A stretch of DNA of 64,000 bases, taken from IMG/VR virus record IMGVR_UViG_2509601035_000003; one strand, 5' to 3'. The notes beneath the pieces are model-generated. The model was given only the letters and a program-made list of their open reading frames with translations, made no database searches and was not told the origin of the DNA. Shown here one piece after another: positions 10,017-19,200 of the stretch. Source of the DNA: a virus. The first letter of the stretch is position 1. Each line of letters opens with the position of its first letter. The position numbers and the translations under genes are program-made.

Positions 10017-10316
10017 TTAAAGAAAGATTCGGTGCCACGCTCCGCGCAGATAGACGTTACCTTCCACATAGAGCGTATATAAGTCCGCAGAGACAATCCG
10101 CAGGAACAGAGTCCTGTCGCCGCGCAGTTTCCCGATCTGACGCCGGAGCGCTTCGGCGGGAAAGGGTTTGCGCGAGATGAACCGTCCGCGGATCTCTGCC
10201 TCCGAGGGGATGTATTCGTACAAGCGGTAGTTGAGCGCCAGCCAGCGAAGGATTTTACGGCGGGTTTTCGCATCGTCCGTCCGCAGTGTGAAACGGTTGA
10301 AACAAAGATTGTTCAT
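10017..10316 (-). CDS. Hypothetical protein
   Basis: 99 aa; in the operon. Confidence 0.6.
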   Translation of the reverse strand: MNNLCFNRFTLRTDDAKTRRKILRWLALNYRLYEYIPSEAEIRGRFISRKPFPAEALRRQIGKLRGDRTLFLRIVSADLYTLYVEGNVYLRGAWHRIFL

Positions 10317-10328
10317 CGTAAATCGGAG

Positions 10329-10541
10329 TTAGTTCAGTGACAAGGCCTGACAGAAATAGTCCGTATAATCGAAGTCCAGTCCCAGCCCAGAACAGGCCGT
10401 TTCAAGATCGCCGTAGCACAGAGCCCCGGCATCCCGCAGTTCCCGCAGATTGCGAAGTTCCGCAGCCAGATATTCTTCGGCACGACGTTCGCCGCAGCGG
10501 CACGCAGTGCAGATATTTTCGATAATAATGTTTCGTTCCAT
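10329..10541 (-). CDS. Hypothetical protein
   Basis: 70 aa; in the operon. Confidence 0.6.
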   Translation of the reverse strand: MERNIIIENICTACRCGERRAEEYLAAELRNLRELRDAGALCYGDLETACSGLGLDFDYTDYFCQALSLN

Positions 10542-10547
10542 AGTCGT

Positions 10548-11201
10548 TTAAGGTTTAGGTGTGAATTTATTGTCGGAGAGTGCAAGGAAATCGTCGAGCG
10601 TGCGGCACCGATAGTCCAAAGAGATCTTTTCGCTGTAATCCGTCTGCCGGATATCGAAAGTATAGGTCAGGCCGTTACGAATGATCTGGCCGTGACTTTT
10701 GTCATGAACCCAAACCACATCGGACAGAGCCTCCAACCGGTTGCGGTACCCGATTATTTTGCGTTCGTTCTCCGCATTGATCCGTTCGAGGTTCCGGAAA
10801 CCCTGCGTGAGGTATTCCACCCAATCGTCAATCTTCTTTTTGGTGAAGACCCCGATACGATTCGGTTCGGATTGCTTGTCGAAGGCCTTGCCGTAGGAGT
10901 AGTTGTCCGCATACCGGAGGAACGTCCAATCGAATCGGAAGTCGTAATAAGGTTTCGGATAGAAGTATTGGCGGACGAGAAACAGGATGCCGTTTCTCCA
11001 GAAGCCGGTGCAGGCTTCCTCGAAATAGTTCTTCAGGCTGTCTGCGGCGTGTGTAACACGGTAGAACAAGGCTGCCTCCGGAACGAACTCCTGCACCGCT
11101 TCCAATACGGCCGATGCGCTTCGAATAGCCCGCTCTATGTTATCCTCGGCATTGGCGAGCAGCAGCTCGTCGAAGGTCGACTGATCGATCCACTTTCTCA
11201 T
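10548..11201 (-). CDS. Hypothetical CTn protein
   Basis: Start reassigned to MRKWID at 11201, where it overlaps the upstream stop (ATGA). Confidence 0.65.
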   Translation of the reverse strand: MRKWIDQSTFDELLLANAEDNIERAIRSASAVLEAVQEFVPEAALFYRVTHAADSLKNYFEEACTGFWRNGILFLVRQYFYPKPYYDFRFDWTFLRYADNYSYGKAFDKQSEPNRIGVFTKKKIDDWVEYLTQGFRNLERINAENERKIIGYRNRLEALSDVVWVHDKSHGQIIRNGLTYTFDIRQTDYSEKISLDYRCRTLDDFLALSDNKFTPKP

Positions 11202-11398
11202 CGCTGAGCAACCTGCCTGCGGCAGGATTCCGTTTCCCGCAGGTAATCGTTCAACGCAGGCACAAGGATCGTACACTCGGCATCGGGCTTTCCGAGAAAA
11301 CATTTCACCTTTACCGATGCCTCCACGCCGTCCCGGGCGTAGGTCTTGAAGCGGTAGTCGTAACCCGCCACCGCAATCTCGAATTTTTGATGTTTCAT
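11198..11398 (-). CDS. Small hypothetical protein
   Basis: MKHQKFEI start; first gene after a structured intergenic region. Confidence 0.55.
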   Translation of the reverse strand: MKHQKFEIAVAGYDYRFKTYARDGVEASVKVKCFLGKPDAECTILVPALNDYLRETESCRRQVAQR

Positions 11399-11688
11399 CT
11401 TCGAAATGGATTTTGATTTGACATACGGCCGGCAGATCCCCGCTATGAAAGTGAGAAGCCGGCTTCGGGGCGGGATTATCAGCGACGGCACGGACAAGGC
11501 AAATTTTTGAGGGGCGATACGACCCGAAGGGTGGAGATCGTGCGAAAAAGCCGAAAAGGGCGTAAGCCCCTGACGCTATCTTGCCCCGCAGACGGCGTTC
11601 ACAAAGGGATTTTTAATTATTATTCGTGCTGTCTCAAAACAAAAAGAGACTGCTGCGGATGCAGTCAGTCCCTTTCAGCACGAACGGA

Positions 11689-12018
11689 TCAGCGCACCTC
11701 GAACTGCGGTATCCGGGAGAGGGTCTTCCGCAGCTTCCGGCGGTAGAAAAGTTCAGTAAGCGCAAGCAACTCGTAGGCATCGTACAGCATCTGTCCGTTG
11801 ACGGTACGGGCGCGGATCATCCGCTTTTTGCGGCATTGTTCGAGCTGGTGACGGTCCAGACCCAGCACCTCGCAGACCTTGCGGGCCGAGAGGAACATCG
11901 GGCGGTCGCTGTGGCTCAACAGGTGTTCGAAAAGCAGTGTGGATTGTGTCAGCATGAAATGCGTGCGGAGCAGTTTCTCCAAAGCTCCGGACTCCACCAA
12001 ATAATACTTGTCAGGCAT
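11689..12018 (-). CDS. HTH (MerR/excisionase-like) DNA-binding protein
   Basis: FLSARKVCEVLGL...LEQCRKKRMI pattern. Confidence 0.75.
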   Translation of the reverse strand: MPDKYYLVESGALEKLLRTHFMLTQSTLLFEHLLSHSDRPMFLSARKVCEVLGLDRHQLEQCRKKRMIRARTVNGQMLYDAYELLALTELFYRRKLRKTLSRIPQFEVR

Positions 12019-12029
12019 AGGGTTATGAA

Positions 12030-12329
12030 TTAAAGGTTCCTGATCCGGTTTTTAAGTTCTTTTCGCTGCCGGCACTCCGTGTCGATCCGCTCGACAAAAC
12101 GGTTTATCTCGGCAGCGGAGAACATAAGACGGCGCCCGAAGTGGAAGCCGGTGAGCTGACCGCTGACGCAGTAACGGCGCAACTGACGGTCGCTGATCTT
12201 CAGCAGGTCGCAGACCTCGCTCACTTCAAGGACCGGGGTGCCGCAAAGCATATTCCGGTGCCGTTTCATATAGGCGATATCCTCGCGGATCTCGCGGACG
12301 ATTTCCAAAATCTCATCGGATCGTTCCAT
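12030..12329 (-). CDS. HTH_17 excisionase-like protein
   Basis: EVCDLLKISDRQLRRYCVSGQL; lies directly after the integrase. Confidence 0.8.
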   Translation of the reverse strand: MERSDEILEIVREIREDIAYMKRHRNMLCGTPVLEVSEVCDLLKISDRQLRRYCVSGQLTGFHFGRRLMFSAAEINRFVERIDTECRQRKELKNRIRNL

Positions 12330-12429
12330 AGTCGGATTGCAGTGGGTTTGCGCTGCAAAGATGCGACGTCCGAATGATGAATTCACATAAGGCAGATAAA
12401 TACCTAATATGTTATTTTATTGCCGGGAT

Positions 12430-13653
12430 TTATGCCTCTGCGGAGAATTTCGCGGCCAGTTTGTCCCGCAGCATCGTAACCTCACGGTCGATCATCGGCG
12501 GGGTGACTTTCGCATAGATTTGAGTGGTGGTGATATTTTTATGTCCCAGCATCTTCGAAAGCGTCTCCAGACTCACGCCGTTCGACAGGCAGATCGTCGT
12601 GGCGTACGTATGCCGGGCAAGGTGGAACGAGAGTTGTTTGTCAATGCCGCACTCCCGGGCGATGTTTTTCAGGCTGTCGTCGATCGAATCGAGTGTAGAC
12701 ATGGCAAAAACACGTCCGTCGCCGGTCAGACCCCGGTACTTGTTCAGGATGAACAACGCATACGGCAGAAGTTTGACAACGTATCTGGTTTCGGTCTTCT
12801 GGCGGTTGCCGCTGATCCACCACTCGCCCTGCGCATCCTGCTCGATCCGGTCATAGGTCAGCGAGGCCATATCCGCATAGCAGATGCCCGTAAAGCAGGA
12901 GAACAGGAACATATCGCGGTTATAGTCCTGACGCTTATACCGCAGCTCGGTAGTCATCATACGCCGGAGTTCATCTTCCGTTAAAAAACTACGTTCCGGA
13001 TTCGGAGCCGTATATTGATAGAGGGAAAAGGGGTTGCGAGGCATCCAGCCGTTGTTGAACGCGATTTTGACAACGTATTTCAGGCATTTGAGATAACCGC
13101 TGACGGTCGTAGGCTTGAGCCCCAGATCGGATTTAAGGTAGACGTGGTATTGCTCGATGAACGACTGCTCCAATTCTGCCAAGGGCATATCGCTCACGTT
13201 ATACTCCTTACGCATGAAAGTCCGCAGATGGTCGATGGATTTATAGTAGCGGTTCCATGTACCGTGGCAGCGGTCGATGCCGACACGTTTCTTGAGGTCG
13301 CCGGTGAATTTCTCGAACGCTTCGAGAAGCAGCCGGTATTTCTCGCCGAAGCCGAGATAGGCATTCTTGACCTTTTCGGCCGTAACGTATGACTCCCGGT
13401 CGCAGATATCCTGATAGTGCTTGCCGATCTGGGTGCGGATGTTGTCCAGATGACGGTTGATGCGATCCGCTTCGAGACTGCGGCCTTTGGCGCGGCCGCC
13501 GCTGACCTCCCAAAGCATCTCCGGAACGGAGAGCTTCGCGCTGAACTGCGCGATGCTGCCGTTGACCGTGATGCGACCCATGACAGGGACGACTTTCTGA
13601 TCTTTGTCTTTGTTCCTTTTAAGGTAGAACAGAACCTTGAACGTGCTGCGCAT
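12430..13653 (-). CDS. int: Tyrosine integrase (Bacteroidetes arm-binding + SAM-like + catalytic domains)
   Basis: MRSTFKVLFYLK N-terminus; FHLARHTYATT and LGHKNITTTQIYAK. Confidence 0.95.
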   Translation of the reverse strand: MRSTFKVLFYLKRNKDKDQKVVPVMGRITVNGSIAQFSAKLSVPEMLWEVSGGRAKGRSLEADRINRHLDNIRTQIGKHYQDICDRESYVTAEKVKNAYLGFGEKYRLLLEAFEKFTGDLKKRVGIDRCHGTWNRYYKSIDHLRTFMRKEYNVSDMPLAELEQSFIEQYHVYLKSDLGLKPTTVSGYLKCLKYVVKIAFNNGWMPRNPFSLYQYTAPNPERSFLTEDELRRMMTTELRYKRQDYNRDMFLFSCFTGICYADMASLTYDRIEQDAQGEWWISGNRQKTETRYVVKLLPYALFILNKYRGLTGDGRVFAMSTLDSIDDSLKNIARECGIDKQLSFHLARHTYATTICLSNGVSLETLSKMLGHKNITTTQIYAKVTPPMIDREVTMLRDKLAAKFSAEA

Positions 13654-13943
13654 AAACTCTGCTTTTTAGGGTTGCAAAAATAATTTCAGCAGAGTCGTAT
13701 GTCAAGATGAATAACGATGCAAGAAACTGAAAATCACGTTTCTATGAATAATAGAGCGAAAGAAACGAGGTAACGATTTGGAAACCGAAACCTCGTTTAA
13801 CATTACCTTATTCTACTTTTTCTCTAAAACAAAGGCACTGAAGAAAAGTGTATAATTATTTGATTATCTTTTGCTTTACACTTTTTTATACCTCTGTTTT
13901 TTATCCCCGGAAATTCTCTGGAATATCAAGGATTTTCCATCAG

Positions 13944-13987
13944 TCGGGGTGACTGGATTCGAACCAGCGACCACACGCCCCCCAGAC
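13944..13987 (-). tRNA. 3' fragment of tRNA-Pro(GGG), an att-site duplication
   Basis: GTCTGGGGGGCGTGTGGTCGCTGGTTCGAATCCAGTCACCCCGA has the anticodon loop, T-arm and 3' acceptor strand, but no D-arm or 5' acceptor strand. Confidence 0.8.
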
Positions 13988-14136
13988 AAGCATTCGCTAT
14001 CGCTACGACCGACTCAACATATATCGACGGGTTTGTCTCGACTAAAAAATAATTCTCGGTTCATTTTTTTACCTCTTTATTTGCTTTTTAATACAGTTCG
14101 TTATATTTGCACAGAGACGTTTAATATTAGACCGTT

Positions 14137-14274
14137 ATAACATACATAACCATCAAAATCGACGAGGTGACGCCTGAGATTCAGAAGACATTGGATTATC
14201 TGACGTCTTTGTCCGGCGTGACGATTTCCTCGACTCCGGGTACTTCGAGAAACTGTCAAATTGTTAGCGATTAA
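14137..14274 (+). pseudogene. Degenerate antitoxin-like remnant
   Basis: ITYITIKIDEVTPEIQKTLDYLTSLSGVTIS resembles the 18604 protein; begins with ATA; same TTCGTTATATTTGCA promoter block. Confidence 0.4.
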
Positions 14275-14421
14275 TCATTTGACAGCTTTATTTTATCTGC
14301 CATGTCCGCAATTTGTCCGCGTTTTCCGCAATACTGTTTTTATATTCCGAAAGCGGTATTGAGGCGAATTCGAGAACTACACAAGAAACCCTTTGACAGA
14401 GGCTAAAAGTACAAGAAAGAA

Positions 14422-14444
14422 CGGTAGCATCTTTCATGCTACCG
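14422..14444. terminator. Hairpin ending the lipoprotein operon
   Basis: CGGTAGCAT-ctttc-ATGCTACCG. Confidence 0.6.
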
Positions 14445-14532
14445 CTTGATTTGTTCTCAGATAATTAAATCTGTTATTTTATCAGGCAATGATAAATCAC
14501 TATGTTCATCCACATATTGCCTTATTTTATTG

Positions 14533-14973
14533 TTATATTTTTGTTTTATCTGCATGCTTTTTGGCATATTCGTAGTCTTCGTCCGTAAATACGAAGATAT
14601 ATTCCACACTCCTTTTTCCCTGCATTTTTTTTTCGAAAGCTGTTGCGGAACAGAAATTATGGTAGGTATCGCCATCCTCCGAGTGGTGAGTTATTGTGGT
14701 TCCATCGTCGAATTTAATCTGTGCATCAACTGGATTCGGTAAACCATATCCACCATCGATACTGTGCTTTGTTGTGAAAGTTGTGCCGCTTTTTAGCGCA
14801 ACCGAGCCGGTTAAAAATTCGCTACTCGGTTTCTCTACAATTATTTCGATATCGTGCTGGCTGGCATTCTCAATGCGGATCTCCGTATTATATAGATAAT
14901 CTGTGTCACAACTGAAAAGCATAGAGAAGAAGCCAAGCAGTAGCAAGGTAAAAATCGTTCTGTTAGTTTTCAT
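14533..14973 (-). CDS. Small lipoprotein (paralog of 15203-15649)
   Basis: Signal peptide with LFSC lipobox; IENASQHDIEI and YIFVFTDEDY. Confidence 0.8.
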   Translation of the reverse strand: MKTNRTIFTLLLLGFFSMLFSCDTDYLYNTEIRIENASQHDIEIIVEKPSSEFLTGSVALKSGTTFTTKHSIDGGYGLPNPVDAQIKFDDGTTITHHSEDGDTYHNFCSATAFEKKMQGKRSVEYIFVFTDEDYEYAKKHADKTKI

Positions 14974-15157
14974 AGACAGCGAATAATTGGTTGATTGTTT
15001 CCGGGGTTAAGTTATACAATTGCGCAGCATACTTATTTTTCGCTGCATAATCCAGCAGCAGTCGCTTGACATCAGCAAATGTCTTCGATCGGAAAACGAT
15101 ATCCTCTCCATTTGGCACTTTCCATAAGTACTCTGTTATTGGTATAATAAGCAGCAT
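14963..15157 (-). pseudogene. Orphan C-terminal fragment resembling the end of the large peptidase lipoprotein
   Basis: SKTFADVKRLL...TPETINQLFAVY versus CDTWNKWRDNI...TKQYVDELFASW. Confidence 0.45.
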
Positions 15158-15202
15158 TTAAGGCTGCCGCCTTTTATCCGGCAGCAGCCTCGCAATGATA
15201 AA

Positions 15203-15649
15203 TCACTTTATCAGGTCGGCAAGATTGTCGTCGGTGAAAACGTAAGTAAACCGGAAATAGTTTGTAGCCAATTTCTCTACCTGATAATTGCTCCTATTCC
15301 GAATCGCCTTATTCGGTTCTAATAGAATCGTTTTGGAATCATCTATTGTCATACGACACTCGATCTGCGGAAGATATTCGAAAGGAAACCCGATCGCATC
15401 CGGTGTAATGTCTTTCACTCCGTCCGACCAAAAATCAATGCAATAAGTTTGGGTCGGAGCCATTATAAACGTAGTAGTTTCAAGTATCGTCCAGGATATA
15501 ATAGCTCCTTTTATTTCGATCTTGTGAGAAGATTCATTTCGATAGACCCATTCTCCATGATGCACATATTCGGTGTGAGAAGTATCGCAACCCGATAACA
15601 GCCAGCAAAACATTACAATGCTACCAAGACGCAAAGAGTTCATCCACAT
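15203..15649 (-). CDS. Small lipoprotein
   Basis: LSGC lipobox; YRNESSHKIEI and FTYVFTDDNL; overlaps the upstream gene. Confidence 0.8.
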   Translation of the reverse strand: MWMNSLRLGSIVMFCWLLSGCDTSHTEYVHHGEWVYRNESSHKIEIKGAIISWTILETTTFIMAPTQTYCIDFWSDGVKDITPDAIGFPFEYLPQIECRMTIDDSKTILLEPNKAIRNRSNYQVEKLATNYFRFTYVFTDDNLADLIK

Positions 15650-17192
15650 ATTGCTTTGTATTATTGTTATACTTCCGTTTAATATTATCTCGCCATTTAT
15701 TCCATGTATCGCAGCCTATGAGAGCGCTCTCGATTTGTGACATTGTATAACCTTCGACTTTGTCACCTTGCGCATAGGTCTTACCGTTATTTTGCCAGTC
15801 ATCAATTTGTGAATCTACAAGATCAATGACTACATTTGTATAATTAGGCGTCCCTTGCGGTCGTCCTCTGTATTTGGAATAGACCATTCTTGTTAAATAC
15901 CATTGTACTCCTGTTGCCCAACTCTCGACCATCTTATCTTCAGCATCATGATAATCCCGATAACGATTCGTGCCAGGCTCCTTAACAATCATTCTCCAGT
16001 GAGCAGCATGTGCTAACTCATGTATTGTAGTTGCATAAATAGCATCCGTTGTGTTTTGTGGATTATATAATTTGATTGCACTACCCAAACCTAAAAATCG
16101 TCTGGCGGACTTAAAATTACCATTGCTGCTGTTATTTTGTTGATTGATGGCTTTTAATCTCATTTTAGTTCGCCAGAAACTATTTTGAGGCGGTCTGCGT
16201 AAACCGCCAATATCTTTGTAATAATAATGGTAGGCTGCACGAAAAACTGTTGCTCCAAAAAATTCTGATTGTGATTTTGAGCGTGCAAAATGATAATCCC
16301 AATTTCCCTTCCTTTTAGGCCCATCATAGAAAACACGAACTCCGTCGCCATTTACTTGAAATTCATACCGATCAAGTCCGAAAGAGTAATTTGCAGGCCG
16401 CTTAAAACGTCCATTACAACTATAATATCCGTCTGCATTGACAAAGCCTGTATGGGTTGTAAACCATCTACGGGCTTTGACTTTTACTCCTTCAACACCT
16501 ATCGTTTTCCCAAGTACTTCATCATAATAGCTAATTCTGCCCGCCGGCCTCCATTTACTGCGGCCTCGTGTTTGCGGCCCGGATTCATAGTCTTCGTTAT
16601 CGTTTCCTGTCAAACGCAAAGATTCTTCGACCAGCGCATCAGCCAATGCTTCATTCCATTTTGTACCGGAACGGGTCATAATCCCGTCATCGTCTTCATC
16701 CTTGTCTTCATCGGGAATAAACAAGTCGGAAAGAATTTCATAATCAACGCCTATGGTACTCACCGCAGGCCATTTTGCGACTTCGATGGAGGCGTATTGA
16801 TAAGTGGGCAAGCTATCCGGAATTGTAGGATCATGGTAATAGCTGCCATATTCCTCGATTTCATAATCCAGTGGAATATCATACCAGATAATCGTAGAAT
16901 CCTGCAGGATTAAATCCAATTCCTCGGATGAGCGGGGATGAAACTTCACGTAATAATGCGTAGGCTGAATATCCATGTCTGTAATTCCGGCTCTGGTTTT
17001 CGGTGAGAGGTTTGCCAGAGCTTTACGCATATTCCCCACTGAATAGGGATTTTCAAGTTGCTGCCCCAGTACAGTCATTCCATCAGTAATAATTTGAGAT
17101 GAAGTCGGGGGTAACTCAGACGGCAAACTAACAAAATCTTTCTGGCAGCTAAACAGAAGCCCACAACACAAAAAAAGTAAGGTCTGTTTCAT
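15621..17192 (-). CDS. Lipoprotein with a zinc-metallopeptidase motif
   Basis: LFSC lipobox; acidic N-terminal half ending PQTRG; basic C-terminal half with TIHELAHAAH and a downstream ESWA. Confidence 0.8.
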   Translation of the reverse strand: MKQTLLFLCCGLLFSCQKDFVSLPSELPPTSSQIITDGMTVLGQQLENPYSVGNMRKALANLSPKTRAGITDMDIQPTHYYVKFHPRSSEELDLILQDSTIIWYDIPLDYEIEEYGSYYHDPTIPDSLPTYQYASIEVAKWPAVSTIGVDYEILSDLFIPDEDKDEDDDGIMTRSGTKWNEALADALVEESLRLTGNDNEDYESGPQTRGRSKWRPAGRISYYDEVLGKTIGVEGVKVKARRWFTTHTGFVNADGYYSCNGRFKRPANYSFGLDRYEFQVNGDGVRVFYDGPKRKGNWDYHFARSKSQSEFFGATVFRAAYHYYYKDIGGLRRPPQNSFWRTKMRLKAINQQNNSSNGNFKSARRFLGLGSAIKLYNPQNTTDAIYATTIHELAHAAHWRMIVKEPGTNRYRDYHDAEDKMVESWATGVQWYLTRMVYSKYRGRPQGTPNYTNVVIDLVDSQIDDWQNNGKTYAQGDKVEGYTMSQIESALIGCDTWNKWRDNIKRKYNNNTKQYVDELFASW

Positions 17193-17611
17193 AAAGCTTA
17201 AATTTAGTTAATAATATATTTTATCCACTTATTATGGTAATTTCCTAAGAGCGAATATATATAAAAAAACGACATTCGAGAATATATTAGAGACATATTG
17301 AACATAAAAATATTTGCATTTTACGCATTTTAATTCTAAAACATCTTGAATTCTCCAAATCAGAGTGTCCGATTTTATTACGCATCATCATAAAATTGAC
17401 CTAGGAATTTTAATTCATATCAGATACTAATTAAATATGACATTTTGAACAACAACGCACTCTATTGTAATACTTCATACTCATTAAAAGCATGAAATGG
17501 AGTCATAAACACAAACTCAAGTAAGAATTACAATACTACTTTTCAATATAAGCCGGTCGGATTTGAGGTTTTATATGCTCAAATCTGACTGACTTATACA
17601 TATTTTGCTGA

Positions 17612-18235
17612 TTGAAGAATATCGTCGTGACAAGCAGCGTCGAAGGGTGTTTCACCATCGACGGGGCCGGGGAACACAACGTCGAGGACGAAACCGTAAC
17701 GCTCGCACTCGTAAACGAAGATCTCTTCAACTTCGAGGTCGCAGGATGGTACGACACCTCCGGGCAGCTTTTGTCCGGCGAGGCGACCTATGCGCTCACA
17801 CTCGCGCGCGACTGCATCACCGGCATCGAGGTCAGGCTCAAGCCCCGGACTGTGACCATAACCCGGCAGGGAATCGCCCGGATAGAATTTCAGTATCTCG
17901 TCATGGAAGGCGGACGTCCCGTACCGAAGGTAGCCTACGATTACCGCACGCAGTATTCGGCCGACTACAAGGCTTCCGAGCCGATAAAGTTCTATTATGA
18001 GGAATACCGACTCGATAGGTCGAAGATCCCGCCCGTCGGACAGCGATCGACAGCAATGCCGACGATCACCAAAGGAGCGAGAAACTCGACCTACCTCTGG
18101 CGCTGCGACGAAAAATTCTCCGTCTCGATACACCCCGGCGACAATCCGGGTTTCAAATTCCACTATAACGACAGATACATAGAGTCGCAAACGACGAAAT
18201 ACTACCTGCCTTCAGACATAACAATGACCAGATAA
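17612..18235 (+). pseudogene. 5'-truncated surface-protein fragment (InlB B-repeat/Flg_new-like)
   Basis: FEVAGWYDTSGQLLSGEATYALTL; a stop codon immediately precedes the TTG; no signal peptide; GC-rich patch in AT-rich DNA. Confidence 0.45.
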
Positions 18236-18603
18236 CCACAGATCGGCGTAGTTCAAAAAAAACAGAACGACGCATTCAGTCCATGACAGGGACGTGACTA
18301 TGGGATTGTGCGGAACGGATGCGCAATGCGGGTGAAAGGCTCGCCGCCGATTAATTTATAACAGCAACACTATGGAACATTTTGCAAATATCGTCTTAAC
18401 CTCGCTCCTGCTAACAGAATACAAGCAATATTTAGACATTGCACAAATGTTATTTATATAACATTTTAAAGGTAGCGGGCTGTTTTTTGCGGCTCCACAC
18501 AAGAAATAAGTTGAAGGCTTACCTAAAACTATTTTTACACGAGAATACTTTCGCGGCAAGAATTTCGTTATATTTGCAAAAGACAATTTAATCTACAACA
18601 ACT

Positions 18604-18807
18604 ATGACGCACATTATGATCGAGGATAGTAGCCCTGAAGCGAAAAAACTGCTGGCTTACGTTCGCACATTGCCGTATGTAACGGTCATAGATGCAAAGA
18701 AAAAGGGATTCGCCGAAGAGGCTGCGGCTTGTAATGCCGTTCCGGTAAGTGTTTTCACGCAAAAATTACACAGCCAAATTGACGAATACTTCGACAAGAA
18801 TGCGTAA
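18604..18807 (+). CDS. Putative type II antitoxin
   Basis: 67 aa; TATATTTG promoter upstream; overlaps the toxin start. Confidence 0.65.
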   Translation: MTHIMIEDSSPEAKKLLAYVRTLPYVTVIDAKKKGFAEEAAACNAVPVSVFTQKLHSQIDEYFDKNA

Positions 18808-19096
18808 GGTTGCAATTTCGGAAACGGTTTTGGATAAAGTTTCTGAGCTAAGAGCATTTCTCACCGACGAGTTAAAATTGTCGCGCGAGGCAGCACATAG
18901 CCGGACTGCAAGGATCGACGCTTTTCTCGTGTCTTTAGCCGGAGCAGCCAATTATCCCTTGTGCCGCTTCAAAAAATGGCACCGGCTCGGATATCGGTGT
19001 GCAGTATTCGAGAAAGATTGGGTTTTCGCCTACGAAGTATTTGACGAAGGCATCATCATTCAGGACATGTGTCATACCGCCTTCCTGAAAGAATAA
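18800..19096 (+). CDS. RelE/ParE-like toxin
   Basis: MRKVAISE start; YPLCR...GYRCAVFEKDWVFAYEV...IIIQDMCH. Confidence 0.7.
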   Translation: MRKVAISETVLDKVSELRAFLTDELKLSREAAHSRTARIDAFLVSLAGAANYPLCRFKKWHRLGYRCAVFEKDWVFAYEVFDEGIIIQDMCHTAFLKE

Positions 19097-19127
19097 ATCA
19101 TCGACAAAACGCAGAACCAGCTCAACA

Positions 19128-19182
19128 AAATAAAACGGTAGTCCCCGGAAACAGTACGCTTCCGGGGACTACCGTTTTATTT
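19128..19182. terminator. Bidirectional terminator, 23-bp perfect inverted repeat
   Basis: AAATAAAACGGTAGTCCCCGGAA-N9-TTCCGGGGACTACCGTTTTATTT between convergent genes. Confidence 0.85.
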
Positions 19183-19200
19183 AAATACTTGTAAATATTC

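Larger units (their letters stand above)
1..13943 (-). mobile_element. End of a Bacteroidales CTn-like integrative conjugative element (ICE1), continuing left of the window
   Basis: Co-oriented integrase, two HTH/xis genes, ParB, ArdC and a methylase; ends beside a tRNA 3' fragment. The exact boundary is inferred. Confidence 0.8.

Noticed and set aside
13944..14020. Intact tRNA-Pro
   Set aside because: The 5' acceptor strand and D-arm are absent.
17594..18190. 198-aa minus-strand ORF
   Set aside because: The + frame carries the recognisable GWYD repeat motif, so this is likely its shadow.
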